From: an uncultured Acidobacteriota bacterium
GTDB taxonomy: Bacteria; Acidobacteriota; Thermoanaerobaculia; UBA5066; Gp7-AA6
Reading direction: 5' to 3'
DNA: 64,000 nt
NCBI GenBank assembly: GCA_963843325.1
Contig: CAWJKC010000007.1
Span: forward strand, 89,601 to 153,600
Below are positions 61,115 through 64,000 of the stretch, piece by piece. The number at the start of each line of letters is the position of its first letter. The stretch's first letter is position 1. The notes under the pieces were generated by a model that was given only the letters and a program-made list of their open reading frames with translations, searched no databases and was not told where the DNA came from. The position numbers were made by a program, and so were the translations under genes.

Positions 61115-62552
61115 CTACCTTCTGCCGGTCAGGTGCGGCGCCTTCTTCGAGGCCTGGGCTTCGAGCTCGGCGATGCGCTTCTGGCGCTTGGCTTCCTTCT
61201 CGTCGGCCGCCTTGGTCTGTTTCTCCTTGGCCTTCGAGAACCTGGTGGACAGGGAGAAGAGAAGCCCGTGGCCCTTCGGGGGCTTGGCGCGCCGCGCGGT
61301 GGCGCCCCAGAACTTCGTCTTCTTGAAGATCGCCTCGGTGAAGTCGGAGTTCGCGAGATCCGCGCCCTTCAGCTCGGCTCCGGTGAAGTCGGCTCCAATC
61401 GCGCGCGCAAAGCGCAGGTCCGCGTCCTGCAGGCTCGCCCCCTGGAAGTTGGCGCCGATCAGGAGCGATCCCGAGAGGTCGGCGTCGAAGCCGCGGGATC
61501 CCGAGAAGTCCGCGCGCTTCAGGTTGGCCTGCCGGAAGCAGCCGAGCGAGAGATCGGCGCGCGAGAAATTCACGCCCTCGGCCTGCGCCTCGGTCAGGTC
61601 GGCGCCCGAAAAGGACGCCCCGACGAAGCTGTAGGGCTTCAGGTTCGTGCGCCGGAGGATGGCCTTCGAGAGGTCGGCGCCCTGGAAGTTGGCCTTCTCG
61701 AAGCGCGCCGAACGCAGGTCCACCTCGGTCAGCTTGGCCTCGGCGAAGCTGACGTCGGAGCCGCCGGCGTCGAGAAACACCGCCCGGCGCAGGTCGGCCT
61801 TGCGGAGGCGGGCCTTGTCGAAGGTCGCCGCCGTGAAGTTGGCCTCGACGGCCGAGGCCAGCTCCATGTCGGTGTCGGTGAATTCCGCGCGCTCGCAGTC
61901 GGCGGCGTTGAGCGACGGCCTGGCGCAGGTTCGTGCCGTTGAACTTCGCGCGCCGCAGGTCCGCGCCCGTCAGGTCGCAGCCCTTCATGTTCGCGCCCGT
62001 GAAGTTCGCGTTGGGAAAGGAGCCCCGCGTGGCCACGATGCCTTCGAAGGTCGCGCGCGAGAGATCGGCGCCGTCGAAGTGCGCGTTCGCGAGCTTGATG
62101 CCGCGGAAGTTGACGTCCTTCAGGGTCGCGCCGGCGAGGTTGGCCCCGGACAGATCGGCGCCTTCCAGGCGCACGAAGGAGAGGTCGGCGCCGGCGAAGT
62201 CGGTTCCCACGAGCGTGCAGCTCTGGAGCGACGCCGAGCGCAGCCGGGCGCCGGCGAAGAAGGCCTTGGTGAAGTCCAGGAAGTCGAGGTCGCAGTGCTC
62301 GAAGATCGCGCCGGGCCCGGAGACCCCTTCCCACTTGGCGTGGCGCAGGGTCGCCCGGGTGAAATCGGTGCCGGCGAGCGTCGCGCGCGAGAAGTCCGCG
62401 CGGGTCAGGTCCGCGCGCTTGAGGTCCCTGCCGGACAGGTCCATGCCGGCCAGGTCGGCGCCGGTCAGGTCGGGCGTGACGTTCGCGTTCTTGACGCGCC
62501 ACTCGTTCCACGCGGGCGTCGCAAGGAGCTTCCAGTGCTCGGGATTTGCCAT
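61115..62552 (-). CDS. large cytoplasmic pentapeptide-repeat protein with Lys/Arg-rich coiled-coil tail (frameshifted near 61917)
   Basis: ATG at 62552 (MANPEHWKLLATPAWNEWRVKNANVTPDLTGADLAGMDLSGRDLKRADL...) in ORF 60090..63188. It continues in ORF 61115..61867. Almost the whole sequence is A(D/N)LxX-type pentapeptides. The tail is KAKEKQTKAADEKEAKRQKRIAELEAQASKK. Confidence 0.8.
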
Positions 62553-62560
62553 CGTCGGGC

Positions 62561-62596
62561 ATTGTAACCGCCCGGGCAGCCGGGGCGCGTTACAAT
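62561..62596. promoter_or_regulatory. 36-bp palindromic element carrying two outward-facing TACAAT boxes in the 51-bp divergent intergenic region
   Basis: ATTGTAAC-cgcccgggcagccggggcgc-GTTACAAT: perfect 8-bp arms and a GC-rich imperfect inner palindrome. TACAAT ends 7 nt before the ATG at 62604 and, on the other strand, 8 nt before the ATG at 62552. Confidence 0.5.
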
Positions 62597-62603
62597 CCAT
62601 CGC

Positions 62604-64000
62604 ATGAGCACCGCCGTCACCACTCCCGTCGCCGTCCCGAACCGGGCGATGGAGCGGATCCGCAAGGCGCTGCTCGGCGGCCATCCCCTGATCTACGTGA
62701 TGAGCTGGGAGGAGACGCGGGTCGAGCGCCTGGGACAACACCTCGCGAAGACCTTCTACGGGTCGCCATGCCCGTACGGCGTCTGGTCGGTGGTCGACGG
62801 GCTCGTCGTCGACGGCGTTCCGGTGCCGGACACGCTGGACGCCCTGAAGGCTCTCGAAGCGATCCTCGCCGCCACCGGGAAGGGCTTCTACCTGTTGAAG
62901 GACTTTCCGACCTCCGGCAGTCCGGAGATCGTGCGGCGCCTGCGCGACCTCTACCGGGCGCTCAAGGACCGGGGTCGGCACGTGCTGATCGTTTCGCCGC
63001 GCCTGTCGATCCCGGAGGACGTCAAGAAGGAGATCTACGTCGTCGAGTACGAGCTGCCCGACGACAACGAGATCACGAAGATCCTGGACGGGCACCTGCG
63101 GCGGCGCCTCTCGATCGCGATCGACGAGCCGCAGATGCGCCGGCTTTCGCTGGCGATGCGCGGCCTGACGGCGGATGAGATCGGACACCTGTCTTCCAAG
63201 GTGTTCTCGGCCCGGAAAACGTTCGACGAGGCCGGTTTCCTCGAGGTCCTCGGCGAAAAGGAGCAGATGTCGCGCAAGGAGGGCGTGCTCGAGTTCGTGC
63301 CCCCGCGTTTCTCGCTCGACGACATCGGCGGCTACGCGGTCCTCAAGACGTGGCTGCAGAAGCGCCAGGCCCTGTTTTCCAAGGACGCCCTCGACGCCGG
63401 CATTCCGATCCCGAAAGGGATCCTGCTCATGGGCATTTCGGGATGCGGAAAGAGCCTGTGCGTCAAGACCATCTCGACCCTCTGGAATCTCCCGCTCTTC
63501 CGCCTGGACATGAACGCGGTGTTCGGCACCGACAATCCCGGAGTGGACGTTCCTCCGGGCGCTGCGCGCGGTGGAATCCGTTTCGCCCGCGGTCCTCTGG
63601 ATCGACGAGATCGAGATGGGCGTCGGCGGCTACCGCGAGGGCGGCGACGCGTCGATGTCGCGCATCTTCTCCGGGTTCCTGACCTGGATGCAGGAGAAGA
63701 GCGCGCTCGTCTTCGTCGCGGCGACGGCGAACCGGATCCACCTTCTGCCCGCCGAGATCATCCGCAAGGGCCGGTTCGACCAGGTCTTTTTCGTCGACCT
63801 GCCCAACGAGGAGGAGCGCAAGCAGATCTTCGCGATCCACCTGGCGAAGAACCGCTGCGACGTGGCCCGCTTCGACCTGGTCTTCCTCGCCAAGGCCACG
63901 AACGGCTGGAACGGCGCCGAGATCGAGCAGGCCGTCGTGTCCGCGGTCGTGGACGCGTACGCGGAGAGCCGGGCGATCAGCGAGGACGACCTCTACCGGA
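62604..64000 (+). CDS. AAA+ ATPase (classical AAA module preceded by a non-ATPase N-terminal domain), 3' end outside the window (frameshifted near 63535)
   Basis: ATG at 62604 (MSTAVTTPVAVPNRAMERIRKALLGGHPLIYVMSWEE...). Walker A is PKGILLMGISGCGKSL. After a +1 shift the sequence reads WTFLRALRAVESVSPAVLWIDEIEMG (Walker B), VFVAATANRIHLLPAEIIRKGRFDQVFFVDLP and ...GWNGAEIEQAV. Confidence 0.8.
   Translation, partial: MSTAVTTPVAVPNRAMERIRKALLGGHPLIYVMSWEETRVERLGQHLAKTFYGSPCPYGVWSVVDGLVVDGVPVPDTLDALKALEAILAATGKGFYLLKDFPTSGSPEIVRRLRDLYRALKDRGRHVLIVSPRLSIPEDVKKEIYVVEYELPDDNEITKILDGHLRRRLSIAIDEPQMRRLSLAMRGLTADEIGHLSSKVFSARKTFDEAGFLEVLGEKEQMSRKEGVLEFVPPRFSLDDIGGYAVLKTWLQKRQALFSKDALDAGIPIPKGILLMGISGCGKSLCVKTISTLWNLPLFRLDMNAVFGTDNPGVDVPPGAARGGIRFARGPLDRRDRDGRRRLPRGRRRVDVAHLLRVPDLDAGEERARLRRGDGEPDPPSARRDHPQGPVRPGLFRRPAQRGGAQADLRDPPGEEPLRRGPLRPGLPRQGHERLERRRDRAGRRVRGRGRVRGEPGDQRGRPLP

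Overview
This is a very GC-rich (by eye about two-thirds to 70% G+C, not computed), gene-dense bacterial chromosomal segment with about 60 protein-coding genes. I could not support any rRNA, tRNA, CRISPR array, transposase, integrase or prophage gene.

Content is mainly housekeeping and cell envelope:
- Translation, RNA and DNA functions: rsmA, RNase J, ftsK, fmt, rsmB, a CIRCE-controlled groES-groEL operon, and a UvrA-family ATPase.
- Peptidoglycan and lipid-carrier genes: mtgA, a class A PBP, uppP.
- An Arn-like amino-sugar modification operon (24.1-29.5 kb).
- A glycan/EPS-type cluster (37.7-45.0 kb).
- Two ABC export systems, one GldA/F/G-like with a DUF4340 gene.
- Signalling genes: a MASE1-PAS-HisKA_3 kinase with a NarL-type regulator, a degenerate receiver, and two diguanylate cyclases.
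- A divergent pair at the 3' edge: a large pentapeptide-repeat protein and an AAA+ ATPase.

Main caveat: by reading across frames I infer roughly 40-45 single-base frameshifts inside otherwise well-conserved genes, including groEL, ftsK, the PBP and uvrA. Most look like +1 insertions, and in the two cases I checked at base level the extra base lies in a G run. I read these as assembly or sequencing indels, not pseudogenes. Coordinates of affected genes span the joined frames.

I found no clearly novel multi-gene system. The most unusual items are:
- the pentapeptide-repeat/AAA+ divergent pair with a symmetric palindromic promoter region;
- a duplicated 21-nt element at two translation starts around a winged-helix regulator;
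- GTAAGCA heptamer arrays in two intergenic regions;
- a REP-like palindrome embedded in-frame in rsmB;
- an ArsC-type phosphatase fused to an uncharacterised domain.
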